Shown here piece after piece: positions 49,957-63,169 of a stretch of DNA of 64,000 nt. The stretch comes from Camelus dromedarius (Eukaryota). Under the pieces are notes generated by a model that was given only the letters and a program-made list of their open reading frames with translations, ran no database searches and had not been told where the DNA came from. The stretch spans positions 65,472,001-65,536,000 of the forward strand of contig NC_087439.1 in the NCBI RefSeq assembly GCF_036321535.1, given 5' to 3'. Position 1 is the first letter of the stretch, and each line of letters starts with the position of its first letter. The translations under genes and the position numbers were made by a program.

Positions 49957-50470
49957 CATTCCTGTAATCAATTTTTGTGTAAACAAACCACCTCAAAACT
50001 TAGTGGCTTTAAAAACAGTTTATTGTTATCTCTCATGTTACTGTGGGTTGACTGAGACCAGTTGGAAAGTTCTCACTTGGAGTTTTGTCATTGTAGAAGT
50101 CAACTGCACAGTCATCCAAGACGGCTCACACGTAGGCTGGCCGTCGGTGCTGATGCTGACTAAGAGTTTCCCAAGGCTTTTACCTACAGAGCATACACTT
50201 GGCCTCTGTATCTTGGGTTCCTCACAGTGTGGTGCTCTTAGGGTTGCTGCCATTCTTACATGGCTGCTCAGGAGTCTAAGAATGAATGAACGTTCCAGGA
50301 GACAAGACGTAGAAGCTGCTAATCTGTAAGAGTCTAGGCCAAGGAACCTGATGTCTTCCTCCTTTCAAAGTTCCTCAAAGCCATCCAAATTCAGCAGGAG
50401 GGGACACAGAACCCGTCTCTCAATGGGAACAGTATGAAGGAATGTGAGGCAGTCTTTAATCCACCATAGC
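49957..50470 (-). mobile_element. MaLR LTR (MLT1F/G-like) inserted in the L1
   Basis: aacaaaccacctcaaaacttagtggcttt...ctcacagtgtgg...ttcttacatggctgctcagg...tctttaatccaccata. Confidence 0.85.
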
Positions 50471-50821
50471 ATTTGAGAGAAATCTATGAAAAAAAAATTA
50501 ACATGAACATGCAGAAGAAGTTTAATTAAATTCAGAGATAAATAAGAAATTCTGACAACAGTATTATTTAGCTGGAGGTCCTAATGCAGTAAGCAAAAGA
50601 AATTAAATAAGAGACATAAATATTGAAAAAGAGAAGAATAGCACACTTTACAGACCATAAGATCATTTCCCTAGAAAATTAAGAAAATAACTTAAAATTC
50701 AAACTGATTAAAACTCAAGATGATAAAGTAGAATACCGACAAATAAAAAAATAGTTTAGTTTTATAACACTTGCAAAATACAATTTAGAAGTATAAGGGG
50801 GAAAAGATGCTTATAATAGCA

Positions 50822-50856
<35 letters not shown>

Positions 50857-51469
50857 AACCAAAAAATCTCAGAGCTACAAAATACTTAGTTAAAATGCAT
50901 AACAAGAAATTTATAAGAACTTTACTCAAAAGCATGAAAGAAAATGAATGAATGAAGATTCATTACATATTCCTGGAGTATTAATACTCTGTTTTTCCTC
51001 AAACTAGTCTCTAGTCTAATGCAATCGTAATGAATAACTTAACAGAATTTTTATTAGATTTATGACATTTAGACAAGTCTTCTAAAATTTGATGTTTATT
51101 CTAAAACATATCAAATGAAAAAGATAGGTAATAATAACCATAATTTTTAAAAATTTATGGATGCCTACATATACCAAAAAAATTCCATAGATCTGTATAA
51201 ATACATCATTGTTTTATGAATGCAGAAAAAAAAGAAAGCAATGAAGAATTAAAAATAAAAGAACAAAAAAAGCTGACAAATGCACATATGGAAATGTAAT
51301 ACATAGCAATCAGTCATAATAGGTCAGACTATCCAATAAACATTAAGCACAGAAAAAGTTGATTAGAGATGAGTATAGGAAAATATATTTGTTAAACAAA
51401 CAGAAAAAAGAGGAATTCATATGGACATAGATGACAAATAATTAAAATCTTGGTTCACATAGAGTCCCT

Positions 51470-51594
51470 GTTCAAAGCTAAAAGATAAAGAATATGAAAA
51501 TGAATATGTGTATATTCATGTATGACTGAAGAATTGTGCTACACACCAGAAATTGACACAACATTGTAAACTGACTATACCTCAATAAAAAAAG
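51470..51594 (+). mobile_element. Young L1 3' tail (same family as 7601-7807)
   Basis: tattcatgtatgactgaagaattgtgctacacaccagaaattgacacaacattgtaaactgactatacctcaataaaaaaa. Confidence 0.9.
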
Positions 51595-52059
51595 ATAATT
51601 ATTAGAGTAAACAAAATTAGTTGCATAGTATATAATAGACAAATGATTACTATTCTGAATATATACTAATTATTAATGTAAACACAAAATTACATTTGAA
51701 TGTTGGTCTTCTAAATAGAAGAAACATAAATGGCCAACAATCATATAGAGATATTCACTGCCAGTTAGACATACAAATTAAACCAAGAATACAAAAAATA
51801 TAAAACATTCTATTTTCCCTACAGACTAAATATATCCAAGTGCTGGCAAATATCTTATTTTGACACTGTGGGGAAAGTTACTCTCATACACTGTTGATGG
51901 GATTATAAATCAACACATAATTTTTGATAATGGCAATTGAAATTTAAAATGTACATATTGGGTCAGCAATCAGATTCTTACATATTTAGAAGTAAATTCA
52001 TTACATATTTAGAAGTAAACTGCTCAAAAGTGACAAAAATCTTCATTCCAATGTCTGGT

Positions 52060-52395
52060 TCTAGCTTGGGGGACCTCGTCCATAAGTTTCCTAGGCACCA
52101 GCAGGAGCTGAACAGCACCCCTGCACAGAGGTCTGAGTCCCAGCTTTGTGTAGCCCCTCATCCAAGGATCTTTGTTCTAAAATAGCAAACTCTCCCTTTC
52201 ATTCCCCCAGACTTAGGGGTGGTTTATTCTTTCTGCACTGACTACCACTACCTCTTGTCAGCAATACCATCATCTTTTTCTTTTGCCTTTTCTGTTTTCT
52301 AATAATACCCATTCAACAATTCCTTTTATTAAATTCTCTCTCTGTTAAAATAACAGGCATGTTTTCCTGTATTCTGACAGGACCTTGATTGATAT
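52060..52395 (+). mobile_element. ERVL-type LTR fragment (LTR33-like)
   Basis: 3' end ccttttattaaattctctctctgttaaaataac...gttttcctgtattctgacaggaccttgattgata. Confidence 0.6.
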
Positions 52396-53399
52396 GTATT
52401 CATATATTGATATATATTCTATTTCTATAGATAATATTATGATAGATTATAGTAACCTATCCTTGAAAAATATGGATACCATTAGTTCTGGGCCTGCTGT
52501 AAAATTGCTTTTGCTTCTTTTACTTTTGCTTGTACACCATTAGCTCCAAGTCATTGAGTGTGTTTTGTAGACACAGGAAACATTATCTGAAATACAAAAG
52601 GAGATGTGTTCATAAAGCTTCTCTGTAATTCCTGGCAATAGTTTATTGTTTTTGCCACAGTCCATTTTGTACAACCAATCTGGAAACAACAGATTTCTTA
52701 CAATTTTTGATTTTGCAGACTTTGAAGCTTTTAAAATTCTTATTTATCACATGATTTAGACAAACTTTACCAGGAGAATTTCCAAAGAGAAGGCCCCATA
52801 ATTTCATTACTAAAATTTTTATTCTATTTAAAGAATTTCAATTATTTGTTGGCATGGACTATCCAAACCAATTTTATGTGGAAATATTGAAAATTGATTT
52901 TTTAAATTTAATTACAATCCAATTGATTCACACATATTACAGATTATCTTAGGTTTATAATTCTCTGATTAGAAACTATGTCTCATCTAATAAAGAGATA
53001 AAGGTTAGAAACTCATTTTAAACTAAACTTTCCTAATAACTTTAAAACATTAATTCATAGTTAATGTTCTTCAATATATGGCAGAACCTGGTCTTTAATT
53101 TGTTTACTTCATGGTCTGGTTATCCCATATGCTTGTGTTACCAACTCAGGAACATCCAGCTGAGACCCCCTTTCTGCCCTGTTTAGCCCTCAGATCTGTG
53201 GGCTATGGTACTACCCTTTTACTTCCCTATGTCTCTCCATTGTCTGACCTCTGAAGCTCATTCATCCTGATGGCTAAGCTATAAATCTTCCTAGTCTCTT
53301 TCATCAATGTTAAAAAAGTCTTTATTTGCTATATTAGAATTACCTCTTACATTTTTATTCTATAAAATCACTACTAAATTACACTGCTAATCAATAAAT

Positions 53400-53720
53400 T
53401 CCATGGTCATTTAATATTCTCATTGCATTGACAATCTTAAGAAAAATCACGTCCTCTTTTTGGAAACTTTCTTCCTTGACTCTTCTTGTCCTTCAAACAT
53501 CACCATCCTCCAGCTTCTGTGATGGCTCCAACTCTGTTTCATTTCTCTCCCTTAGATGCTGAAGTAAATATAGTTTCTGAATTTCTGTCAAAAATTCCTT
53601 ATATGGATTACTCAGTACTCAAGTTTAGTCTTTCTCCAAATTTCTTAAGACATGAACCTCAAGATAAAATATATTTTTACACAGATGCACCTGCCATCAC
53701 TTTGAAATCTTAAAGTCTTA
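53400..53720 (+). mobile_element. L2 fragment
   Basis: catttgacaat-like start, cacgtcctctttttggaaactttcttcc, and a pyrimidine-rich L2 ORF2 pattern. Confidence 0.5.
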
Positions 53721-54059
53721 TTAATTAGATAGTTTTGTCTAGAAAAAAGCCATTATATAATAATCCTAAGTTTATAAGGACCTAACAATATAGTCTCACA
53801 AAATATGAGGCAACTTATGACTGAGTGACTGGAAGAAAATTGAGAGATTCACATAAACAGTGGATTTTTTTTAGGACACATTTAACTGAAACCAGCTATA
53901 ATGCTTACTTCTCTGACTACGATGCTATTAGACTTGAAACCCCCCTATATTTGGAAATGAATACCCATCTTAGTAATCATTATGGAAATTACAAATTAAT
54001 TAAAACTGAATGGAAACCAAAATAATACCTCTCAAAACTTGCCATATTAAAATTCACTG

Positions 54060-54230
54060 ACATTCTCACAGGAGCACAGTGGGGTAGATATTATGCTTAT
54101 CCTACTTTTCACAGGGAAGGAATTTAAGGAAATAAGGGAGTAATTAACTTGCCGAAGCTGTTGGTGAAACTAGGATTGAATCAAGTTTGTCTGAGCCCTT
54201 AATCACTACACTATAATGCCTCTCACTAGA
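54060..54230 (-). mobile_element. MIR SINE
   Basis: ttatcctacttttcacagggaaggaatttaagg...aattaacttgccgaag...taggattgaatcaagtttgtctga. Confidence 0.7.
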
Positions 54231-55658
54231 AAACTATTTTACTTCCACAAAGAGATTATACAATAATGAAGCAATAATCATTGTGAATCTTTTTGAGCTG
54301 AACTACACTGCAAATATTGTTGCATATTTTAAAAAAGAAAATGATGAACATAATAGTCATGCAAGAGTCAACATGCCTTTCCATCTTTCCCAGAGGAAGT
54401 TGGCAATAAAGAAGTAAGTACATAAAGGGTCTGAATAACCACCAGCTAATTATTTCAGAATTTGTAATTGACTATTTCTTGGGTTGGGGAGAAAATAAAT
54501 CTATTTTATCAGATTATTTAAAATTAGACAAAACACTGAAAAACCAAACATGTTAAAGAACAAATCTTTTTGTTACACTACCAAAGCATGAATAATAGGA
54601 AAATTCAAAATTTGAAATTATTTAAAAATAAAATAAATGATGTATTTGGTCTACTCAAATTATTTTCATAAAGTAGGCTTATGGAAAGAAAGAGAAAAAA
54701 GTTTTTCTTTAATCCAACTATATTAATAATAATTGTAAAACAGTAAAATAATAGAATTAGTAAATACATTTTGTAGTTAGATCTTTTAAAAAAAAATCCT
54801 ATAGAAATAATGACAACAAAAACACAGGCATTCTAAATTGGAAATGAGAAATGAGTAACAACCTCATTAGATTTTAAATGAAAAATGTGTACAGTTCTGA
54901 AAACTTAATAAAATATGACAAAAGAGGAAAAAAGTAAGTAATTATATATACTATACCATTTTGATCCTGTAAAAAATCACATGTTCTAAATACCTATGTA
55001 GCAGGAAAAATACTAAACACCACACTTAGTAATGAGATTTCAGGTGATTTTAATTTTATTATTCATCTGGCATTTTCTATATATCTGCAATGAACATTTA
55101 TTATTTTGCAACTAGTGATAAAATAAAATGAAAAGCATTATTTCATGGTGTTGTTCCAAACCAAAGTCACTTGAGAAGCATTTTGAATGACAGCCATTTA
55201 ACCAATTTTTATCTCGCCATTATTCAGGCATTCTCATGTCCACAGAAATTCTAATGGGTACCTTTCGGTAGAGCGGTGTAGGACCTCAGGGAAGGACATT
55301 CTTCCCCGACACTGTGCCATGTATAATTTGGGATAGGAAGCAGTAGATGATCCTTTTCATTCCATATATATGTATATGATGCAGTATGATGCAGTCTTAA
55401 AAAGAAGATCTTACCATTTGCAACAATTCAGGTGCACGTGAATCAGGAGGACATTATGCTAAGTGAAATAAGCCAGTTAGAGAAAGACAAATACTGTCTG
55501 GTATCACTTTCATGTGGAGTCTTAAAAAAAAAGAAAAAAGAAAAGGAACTCATAAAAACAGAGAGTAGAAAAGTAACTGTCAGGGGCTGGGTTGTGGGTG
55601 GAAATGGGCAAAAGTTAGTCAAAGGGTACAAATTTTAATTATAAGATGAGTAAGTTCT

Positions 55659-55700
55659 TTTTTTTTTTAACTTTTTTTATTGAGTCATAGTCATTTTACA
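55659..55700 (-). mobile_element. 42-bp extreme 5'-truncated young L1 tail with 16-bp TSD
   Basis: polyT-aactttttttattgagtcatagtcattttaca lies between aagatgagtaagttct (55643-55658) and aagatgaataagttct (55701-55716). Confidence 0.85.
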
Positions 55701-55760
55701 AAGATGAATAAGTTCTGAGGCTCTGATATATGACTATAGTGACTATAGTAAATAATACTG

Positions 55761-55943
55761 NNNNNNNNNNNNNNNNNNNNNNNNNNNNNNNNNNNNNNNN
55801 NNNNNNNNNNNNNNNNNNNNNNNNNNNNNNNNNNNNNNNNNNNNNNNNNNNNNNNNNNNNNNNNNNNNNNNNNNNNNNNNNNNNNNNNNNNNNNNNNNNN
55901 NNNNNNNNNNNNNNNNNNNNNNNNNNNNNNNNNNNNNNNNNNN
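55761..55943. other. Assembly gap (183 N)
   Basis: Run of N inside the L1. Confidence 0.99.
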
Positions 55944-56257
55944 ACAATTTTGTTTGTCAATTATGCCACAATAAAGCTGGAAAAAAGACTCCATTAGCAT
56001 TTGAGTAATTTAGTCAGGATTTTATAAATATAGAACATTTAATGAGCCTAAGTGCCATCACTTTAATTTATAGAACACAGCAAATAGCAGGTGATTGTCA
56101 CTAGGTCTAAAGATAGGTGGGCGTTACGTGGTAATTTTGTATTGTGTAACAGATGCACATAAAACAGTCCTTGAATAAATTTCTCTACAGCATTTGTATC
56201 TGTTTGATGATGTCTTAAATTTTCTCCTTTTCTCAAATAAAAGTTTAATAAAATGGT

Positions 56258-56735
56258 TGCTTTAGTTTTCAATTGCTGTTGAAAAAATTACCACAAACTT
56301 AATGGTTTAAAACAACTCACATTTATTATCTTATAATTTCATAGAGATTTGATATGTATCTTCCTGGCCTAAAATCAAAATGTCAGCTGAACTGCACTCC
56401 TTCTGGGGTGCAGACTCTGGGGGAGAATCTGCTTCCTTGCCTTTTCCATCTTCAGTAGTCTGTCCACATTCCTTGGCTTGTGGCCCCTGCTTCCACCTTC
56501 AGAGTTAGCAACTTCATATCTCTCTGACCATTCCTCAGGAGTCACATCTCCCTCTCTGACCATAGCCACTTTAAGTTTCACCGATTAGATTACATGCACC
56601 CAGATAATCCAGGGCAATCTTTCTATTTTAAGATCTTTAATTATAATCAAAAATTTTTTGTCATTATAAATGAACTTATTCAGAGTTCTAGGATTTAGGA
56701 TGTGCAGATCCTTGGTAAGGGCCATTGGTCTGCTT
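56258..56735 (-). mobile_element. MaLR LTR (MLT1C/D-like)
   Basis: aaattaccacaaacttaatggtttaaaacaac...ggagaatctgcttccttgccttttcca...cccagataatccagggcaatct...ttctaggatttaggatgtg. Confidence 0.9.
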
Positions 56736-59589
56736 CCCAGAATGGTTGTCAAATGGACAACCAGAATTTTTTTCCTCTACTGAAGTGGTACTTTTTCTCA
56801 TTAGTCCTATAACCTTACATTTAAATAAATTTTCAACAATCAACACTGGAATATAGTAATCTTTTTTTATAAATGGCACTATAAGTTCATTTTCATGTTT
56901 TCGTTCTTGGGTTTTTAAGGTGAAGATATAAATGATAATAATTTTCTCCAAGACGTTATTTCATAGAAATACGTTACATTCCAAAATCATGATCACAACA
57001 TAATAATCTTATGTGAAATTTGTGATTTTTAATATCCACATTTAGACTTTTTTCCTGATATATATATTTATATTCCTAATATATATATATTTCCTGATAT
57101 ATATATATCTATATATCAGCATTTTAATTAAACACACACATATCATGTCCTGACATATGCTTGTTGTGACTGTTTCTAATTTCTGGTTTCTTTATTCAGC
57201 AGTGCACTATAAAATATTCACATGATTTACAAATTTGTGTCTCTTACCTTATCATGCTATTCCTACTTCATATCTAGTATAAAGAATAAGTGGCCAAGTA
57301 ATTCAAATAAATTAAAAATTGCTTGTAATTTCTCTTAATAGGTATATTACATCTTGGACACAACTATGAAGTCTGAAACCTGAAGTAGTCTGAAAGATAT
57401 ATACAGCTCATCATACGTAAGACTTTTATATTTATCTGTGACTTAGGCTTATGGTAAACTAATAATAGTCTATTAGCATGATCATTTGAAATTTTCTTTT
57501 ACTTTAAATGAAACGTTTTCCCTATTATGTCATCTTTGCAGTTGACATTACTTAATCATTAGGTTTTTTTTTTTTTTTTTTTTTTGTAATCCATTGTGGA
57601 TCAAAGCTATGGTAGAAAGTTTAACATAATTTCTATTTATAGTTGCAAAAGTGCTCACCCAAAGACATTCAAAAATAATTTGCGATTGCAATTGCTTCTT
57701 CAGCCAACAGCCTTTAAAGGTCTTTAAAGCAAGATGATTTCACAAAAGGTGAACATTTTCCATATTTTTTAGTTCTGTGCTTTTCCCTGTCCTGTAATCA
57801 AATGCAACATCTTGTTCAGAAAGAATGACTTATGATTTGAATAAAATAACATATTTCATAATGTTAAGGGTCTGGTGGAAAAGGAAGAAAAATTTTAATA
57901 GGTAATAACTCCCCCCAGTACCCATTTAACCAAGACATGACTCAGCCCAGTGTGGAGTGGCGTCCTATGCTACTTCTTAGTAGCTCACTTCACCACCTCC
58001 CCAGGAAGGTGGACAATTACTGTTAGAAAATGTGAACATAAAATTACTATGGGGAAAAGTCAGATTCACAGTTGTGTACAAGTTCTTGAAGCCTCTGTCA
58101 AAGTGGTATGTTTCCTTCAAGTGAACAAAGGAAACTAAAGGGCTTATAGCTTAAAATAGTTCTTTTACTTCTACAAAACTACTTTAGATCTTTCAACCTA
58201 TATAGAAATTCAATAAACAAGTAGACTATTCTTATATAGGCTCAATCCATCAAATATTTTCCAGACATATTCACTGAAATAAAAGTTCAAAGGGCTGTTA
58301 ATTTTTTGTTTATAAACATTGAGAGCTGGTATGTTTAATAGTCAAGTAAGTTTAGGAAATGATGAATTAAATGAAGTCAGCTGGCTGTACTGTGAATCCC
58401 AGAAGTGGGGAAACTATATATGTATCTATTTCTGTACCTTTCATCATTGGCCTTCCATCACAAATACCTTAGAATATGCTCCTCTCTCAGATTCTTAAAA
58501 TATTCCAGATTGCTAATGCAAACTTTGAATCTTTGTACATTTTAAATCTATGCAATTTTCACCAGGACAGAAAATGCTAAGAAGCATGTTTCCTTGGAAA
58601 TGTTAGTTAATATTAAATGGCATGAAAGTAGGCAGCAAACTCTCTCGACAGTCTGTCCTACTCTAAAATGTAGTGGCATTTTACACAAGAGATACTGAAA
58701 AGATTTTAAATAAATATTTTGAGTAGAGCAGTGAATTATTTAAAAAAGCAGTTATATGAGACAAGACTGCGTAACAACAAATATTTATGTTGGAGTTTGT
58801 AGATGTGATAATGGTATTATTTCTTCTTTGTGTTTAAGGTCACCTGAGAACTACTTAGACAAATGGAATTTGGCTTGGGGCTAAGGCCACCCTGCAGGCC
58901 CTAATAACTTCACTCACAGTTGTTTTTTGAGAAATTCCATCCAAAACTCAATTGCAGAGCCAATATACCAGAAAACCATGCCAGGAATTACCACACTACC
59001 TCATATCTGCTTGGTCCATTAAACCAGTCAGAGAATGACAGGTCTTCAGAACTGCCTGATGGAAAACACTTGGGTCTTCTCTCGCTAAAATTGCTTGGCT
59101 AAATGCAGAGCAGGGCAGAGCCCATATGTTCTCGAAGCAGATATCTCCCAAAGGGTCTGAGCCAGGCAAAACTCACTTTTTTCCCCAGCCTCACTAATCA
59201 GTCAAGGAAAATTTTAATTCTCTAAAGGGGAATAATAAGTTGTGTGATGGGAGAAGAAGGACAGAAAATACTTTCATACAACAGTTTAAAATTTGGGTAT
59301 GCTTTCAAATATTTCTAAATATCTAGATTTTTAGTGTTAGAGAAAATATTTAGTTATCCATAATTCTGCATATTAACAAACATCCTATGATCTTTTTTAT
59401 TGTAAAAATTGAATAGCTAGGAATAGACCTAAGACCATTTAACAAATTGGGTGGGGGACTCAGACCCTTGAACTCTGTGACAGATGAAGCTGAAGCTGTT
59501 TTTCACCCTGGTTTGACAAAAATGTCCTACTACAATTAAACGAATGAAAAACACATGAAAATTTTACCTAGAAAGTTGTTTATAAAAAC

Positions 59590-59720
59590 GAACTATCATG
59601 ACCTCAAATTAGGAGGCACAGAGGTGAAGTAACTTGCCCTAAGTCACACAGCTAGGAATAGATGGAGCCAGAATTTAAACCCAAACAATTTAGCGCCAGT
59701 TTCTATGTTATTACTTTTTA
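59590..59720 (-). mobile_element. MIR SINE fragment
   Basis: gaggcacagaggtgaagtaacttgccctaagtcacacagctagg...ggagccagaatttaaacccaa. Confidence 0.9.
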
Positions 59721-60519
59721 TGCTACAATAAATGAAATGAGAAATGAAATATCAACATGTTTAGCCTTGATTTCCCTTTTCAGGTTATTCTAAGCAATTA
59801 AACAGCTTGGGCTTGAATGTGGGATATTCTAAGATATCTAATTAAGCTGTTACTTATTCCCCCAAATTCACTCAAAATTTACTTTTTGCTTTTGCATTAT
59901 TTTTCTTTCTTTGGTGGCATTTTATTAAGTAAGCATATGACATGTTAAGTGGTATTTCCTGCCAGGTTAAAATTTCTGGAAAAACAACTCTCCTTAACAT
60001 TTGCTTGAGAGAGTGTATCTATTGTTAGTAGTTTAAATTGTTAATGTTATGTAAGAACACAGCCCTGTACTTCTAATATCTTTTAAATTAACCAATAAGG
60101 CAATCTTTATATTCTAGCAAGATTTTATACCTGTAGGTGAAACAAGAAGTTTACAGAATTGTTTAAGAAAAACTAGGATAGCCCTAAGTCTCCAAATTTG
60201 ACACTCAATACTGTAAATCCTAAAACTAATTAATTGCAGACTCATTCCTCTGGATTTATATTCATGCTCTGCTATTGTATTTTAACCACTAACGTCATAA
60301 AACGACAAATTCCAAATGACTAATGAATAAGTTACCCTTTATAATAAAGTCTAAGATAATGAAACCACGTACTAAAAATCTTAAAAATCATTAGTGTTTA
60401 GTCTAATTAACTACAGATTAATTTAACACGTAAAGCTTGCCATTTTCAGGAAGCCTAACCTTAGAATAAGTTCAGGCTGATTGGAATTGTTTAGCTCAGA
60501 TAAAAACCAACAAGTATGA

Positions 60520-60559
60520 CATTGAGGCATAAGAGACATATCTCTCTTATGCCTTAGTG
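60520..60559. repeat. Short hairpin-forming inverted repeat
   Basis: aggcataagaga (60525-60536) pairs perfectly with tctcttatgcct (60543-60554) over a 6-nt loop, extendable to 17 bp with G-U pairs. Confidence 0.9.
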
Positions 60560-61029
60560 GAGAGGTTTGTTGTGAGTGGAAGAGGAAGCATTCTCTGACC
60601 CTTAACTAAGGTAGTGCTTGCTGCATTTTCCCATTTAGCATTTAACACAGTTGTGGTTTATGGATTTGAAAATGTGCTTGTTTATCATTCGTATGCCTGT
60701 GCCCATTTACCCCAGCACATGAGTGCCTGGAACACAAGAGCTGCCAGGTAGGCATTTTTCAACAGACAAAATAAAAATAAATGAACTGATTAATCTTTCC
60801 ATCTTTGCTATTAAGAGGAATACTTTCCAGGTTGGAAATGGTCACACAGAAATAATTAAGAGAAAGCTCAGCAGAGAAGAGAAACTGGTGTGATACCACG
60901 TGGCTACTTCAAATGAATGCAAGTCTCTAGGAAGAGGTAGATTTAATTTCTAGGTGCTAAAATAAATTTGTCTCTCAAGTTCACTCATTCTTCTTACTAT
61001 CGTACCAACTTCATGAAAATAGGACCAGG

Positions 61030-61151
61030 ACATTAAAAAAATATATGCAGATATTTCTGTACCTCACATCTCACATCTTGAATTTCATTTGGGATGGAGG
61101 TCCAGGAATCTTTATTTAACAAAAAAATATTTCCAGATTTGAGAATCACTG
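61030..61151 (+). mobile_element. MER5 fragment
   Basis: gggatggaggtccaggaatctttatttaacaa...tttgagaatcactg. Confidence 0.65.
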
Positions 61152-61998
61152 CATAGAGGGTGAAGTAGAGAGATTAAGATTCCTTTTGCCCATATGGAAG
61201 TCACACTAACCCATGACTGAAAGAAATGTTGAAGCATTCTCCCTGCTTCACACTTGTCACAAAGTGCTGACTGTATATATCATTCTGCTGCATTTAATTA
61301 CTCCAGTGTTTGAAACAAAAAGTCCAAGGATCCCACGTATTGACAGCAATTTCTATTGTCATAAAAATTAAAGATTTGCAAATTAAGCCTACTTTTCAGC
61401 ATCAGATTCCTATATCCATAATCAATGACGTCTGTACTACATTGTTTCCTTTTTTCCTGAGTCCTTGTCATGATCAGGATCTCTCTGCATGGAGCAGTTC
61501 CCTGAATGGCACGGTGAGAAACTTTATATGGCTTTATTGCCTTGACATACAAGTGAAAAGGAATGTGAGATTTTAGAGTTCTATTTTGTCAAATCTTTTT
61601 ATAGCAGTTAAGGATATACATTTAGACATTGTTCTTACGACTTTTAGTAATGAAAATTGTGAGAGTTCAAGCTTCACAGAATTAACTTGTCATGGATAAT
61701 AGCACTTACCATCCATTCACCTCATACCCAATGTTACATTTTATTCTAAGTTCTAAGACACTTCATATATATACTTAATTTTTTTCACATAAGATTTTTG
61801 TAAGTAAGAGACATGTCTTATTTCTCTATAAAAATAAATAATTACTATAAGAAAAGAAGGAAATGTAAATAGATTGTAGCATAAGCCGAAAGCAATCTAC
61901 GTCATCAGTAGGAAAATGTTCTGGTGATTGTCATTAAAGCATGAAGGTATTAATTTTACCTTTTGGAGTTACAAAACAACACTGATGTAAAGAAATGT

Positions 61999-62130
61999 GG
62001 AGGAGGGTATAGCTCAGTGGTAAAGTGTATTTTTAGCATGCATGAAGTCCTGGGTTCAATCTCCAGTAACTCCATTAAGAAAATAATGAATCTAATTACT
62101 TCCCCCCTCTAAAAAAAAAAAGAAAGAAAA
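61999..62130 (+). mobile_element. Camelid tRNA-derived SINE (vic-1-like, long form)
   Basis: ggaggagggtatagctcagtggtaaag (A box)...gtcctgggttcaatctccagtaactcc (B box)...ctaattacttccccctct-polyA. Confidence 0.92.
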
Positions 62131-62294
62131 AGTGATGCTACGTAAAATTTAATCAAAAAAAGAAAAAGCAGTGCTATTTTAGAAAAGAAAGTAAATGTGT
62201 TGAAATTTTTAATTACATGAATATCATACATAGTTGGTTGATCAGTTTGTATATCACTAGAGATATTTTATTTTTCACAGTCAGATTTCAAAAC

Positions 62295-62770
62295 CAATTT
62301 AAATGTATAATGCTAAGTGGAAGAAGTCAATCTGAAAAGGCTACACACTGTATAATTCCAACTATATGCCGTTCTGGAAAAGACAAAACTATAGAGAAAG
62401 TTAAAAGATTAGTGTTTCCTGGGGGGCAGTGTAAAGGAGGGATGAATAAACAATTCTTAGGAGTTTTAGGGCAGTGATAATATTCTGTATAATGCTATAG
62501 TGGTGGATATATGTCATTATACATTTGTCCAAATGCATAGTATGTACAACACCAATAGTGAACTCTAAAATGAATTCTGGATTATGGACAATAATGATGC
62601 TTCACTGTAGGTTCATCAGTTGTAAAAAACATACCACTCTTGTGGGGAATATCGTTAATAAGAGAGACTATACATGTAAGTGAGCAAGGAATATATGCAA
62701 AAGCTCTGTCCCTTCTGCTCAATTCTGCTGTCAACCTAAAACTGCTCTAAAAGTTAAATTTTCTTTAAAA
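62295..62770 (+). mobile_element. L1MC 3' end
   Basis: atgctaagtggaagaagtcaatctgaaaaggctacacactgtataattccaactatatg...gtaggttcatcagttgtaa...ctcaattctgctgtcaacctaaaactgctctaaaa. Confidence 0.9.
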
Positions 62771-63169
62771 AAGAGTGGAAGACTAGTAAATGTGAATTTC
62801 AAACTTAATTGTAATTTCATTGTTTTCCACTGTGGTAACAAACAATACCTATATTTGTAAATGTTAGGTAATAGCCAAGCCCTTTAATAGACTATAGAAG
62901 TATATTTTTCCAAATAGTAGCAAGACACAATGAATTAATTTATTGTTCTATTTATAAAGAAAATAAGATTAAACCAAAAATATCACTCAAGTTAGATGGA
63001 TTGGAGTTGTAACCAGGTTAGGCACTTATGTTGGTTCCCTATGGGAATAAAAAGTAGCTCTTAATCTATTGTTACTTCAAATCATTTTGAAAAATCCAAC
63101 CACAACTTCCCTCCTTAAAACTGAAGTAACACAAATTGCAGAACTTCTAGCCATTTTTGTTAATTTAGC

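Larger units (their letters stand above)
49850..52050 (+). mobile_element. Fragmented old L1 ORF2/3' region, interrupted by younger elements
   Basis: aaactagaaatggaaggaaaacttccttaaattaataaagagtatc, tttacagaccataagatcatttccctagaaaat (FADDMI-region remnant), ctctcatacactgttgatgggattataaat. Confidence 0.7.
55375..55985 (+). mobile_element. L1MA/MB 3' end (contains an N gap and a nested insertion)
   Basis: ggaggacattatgctaagtgaaataagccagttagagaaagacaaatactg...gggtacaaattttaattataagatgagtaagttct...caattatgccacaataaagctggaaaaaa. Confidence 0.9.
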
